Assembly: GCA_051881415.1 (NCBI GenBank)
Contig: JBJEPV010000127.1
Coordinates: 1-35,880 of the forward strand
From: Candidatus Fimenecus sp.
Lineage (GTDB): Bacteria > Bacillota > Clostridia > Oscillospirales > Acutalibacteraceae
Direction: 5' to 3'
Length of the DNA stretch: 35,880 nt
Part shown: positions 35,750-35,880 of the stretch, piece by piece
Layout: each line of letters begins with the position of its first letter
Position numbering within the stretch: the first letter of the stretch is position 1
Notes under the pieces: model-generated
The model's database searches: none
Told to the model about the DNA's origin: nothing
Seen by the model: only the letters and a program-made list of their open reading frames with translations
Position numbers and translations under genes: made by a program

Positions 35750-35880
35750 AAAAATCCATCCGTACTCTCTGCATTTTCGGTGCAGAGCAGTTTAAAACGA
35801 GGAGATTTTTGCTTGAACAAGGCACAAAATCGCCGCCATACTGCCGTATGGCAAGATTTTTAACGCAGTTCAGGCGAAAA

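Noticed and set aside
35660-35863. 67-aa ORF as an independent gene.
   Set aside because: It has a TTG start and no RBS. Its first ~30 residues look like the displaced C-terminal half of the DUF1653 gene. The remainder has no recognisable features and ends at a weak hairpin (GCCATAC-TGCC-GTATGGC, 35835-35852).

Overview
The window reads as a moderately GC-rich Firmicutes/Clostridia-type chromosome segment, judged from gene content, gene order and SD-type RBSs. No similarity search was possible, so every protein call rests on motifs read from the ORF-track translations. I found no rRNA, tRNA or CRISPR array.

Housekeeping genes make up most of it:
- A co-directional cysS (5'-truncated) - DUF975 - ApgM-like metalloenzyme - metY - metallophosphoesterase block (1-5862).
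- A RAYT-like HUH transposase gene directly upstream of ilvD (6060-8281).
- GH2 beta-galactosidase and a DUF815 AAA ATPase on the minus strand (8356-12771).
- rpoB-rpoC-rpsL-rpsG-fusA-tuf (13043-25029), with sigma-A-like promoters before rpoB, rpsL and tuf.
- A translationally coupled heterodimeric ABC exporter pair (25159-28610).
- A small accessory-looking block: OPA-like MFS transporter, alkaline-phosphatase-superfamily phosphodiesterase, LicD and an opine-dehydrogenase-family protein (29057-33268).
- cca, a DUF896 gene and a broken DUF1653 gene.

The least ordinary signal is a REP/RAYT system. A 25-nt element, GTAGGG plus a 9-bp hairpin, occurs four times: once just upstream of the RAYT gene, twice in frame inside that gene where the copies flank the HUH-coding segment, and once 29 kb away. 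That distant copy lies in a ~470-nt mosaic of GTAGGG-headed hairpins with differing stems and alternating orientation (34838-35304), between the divergently transcribed cca and DUF896 genes. All promoter, terminator and function statements are sequence-level inferences that need experimental or database confirmation.
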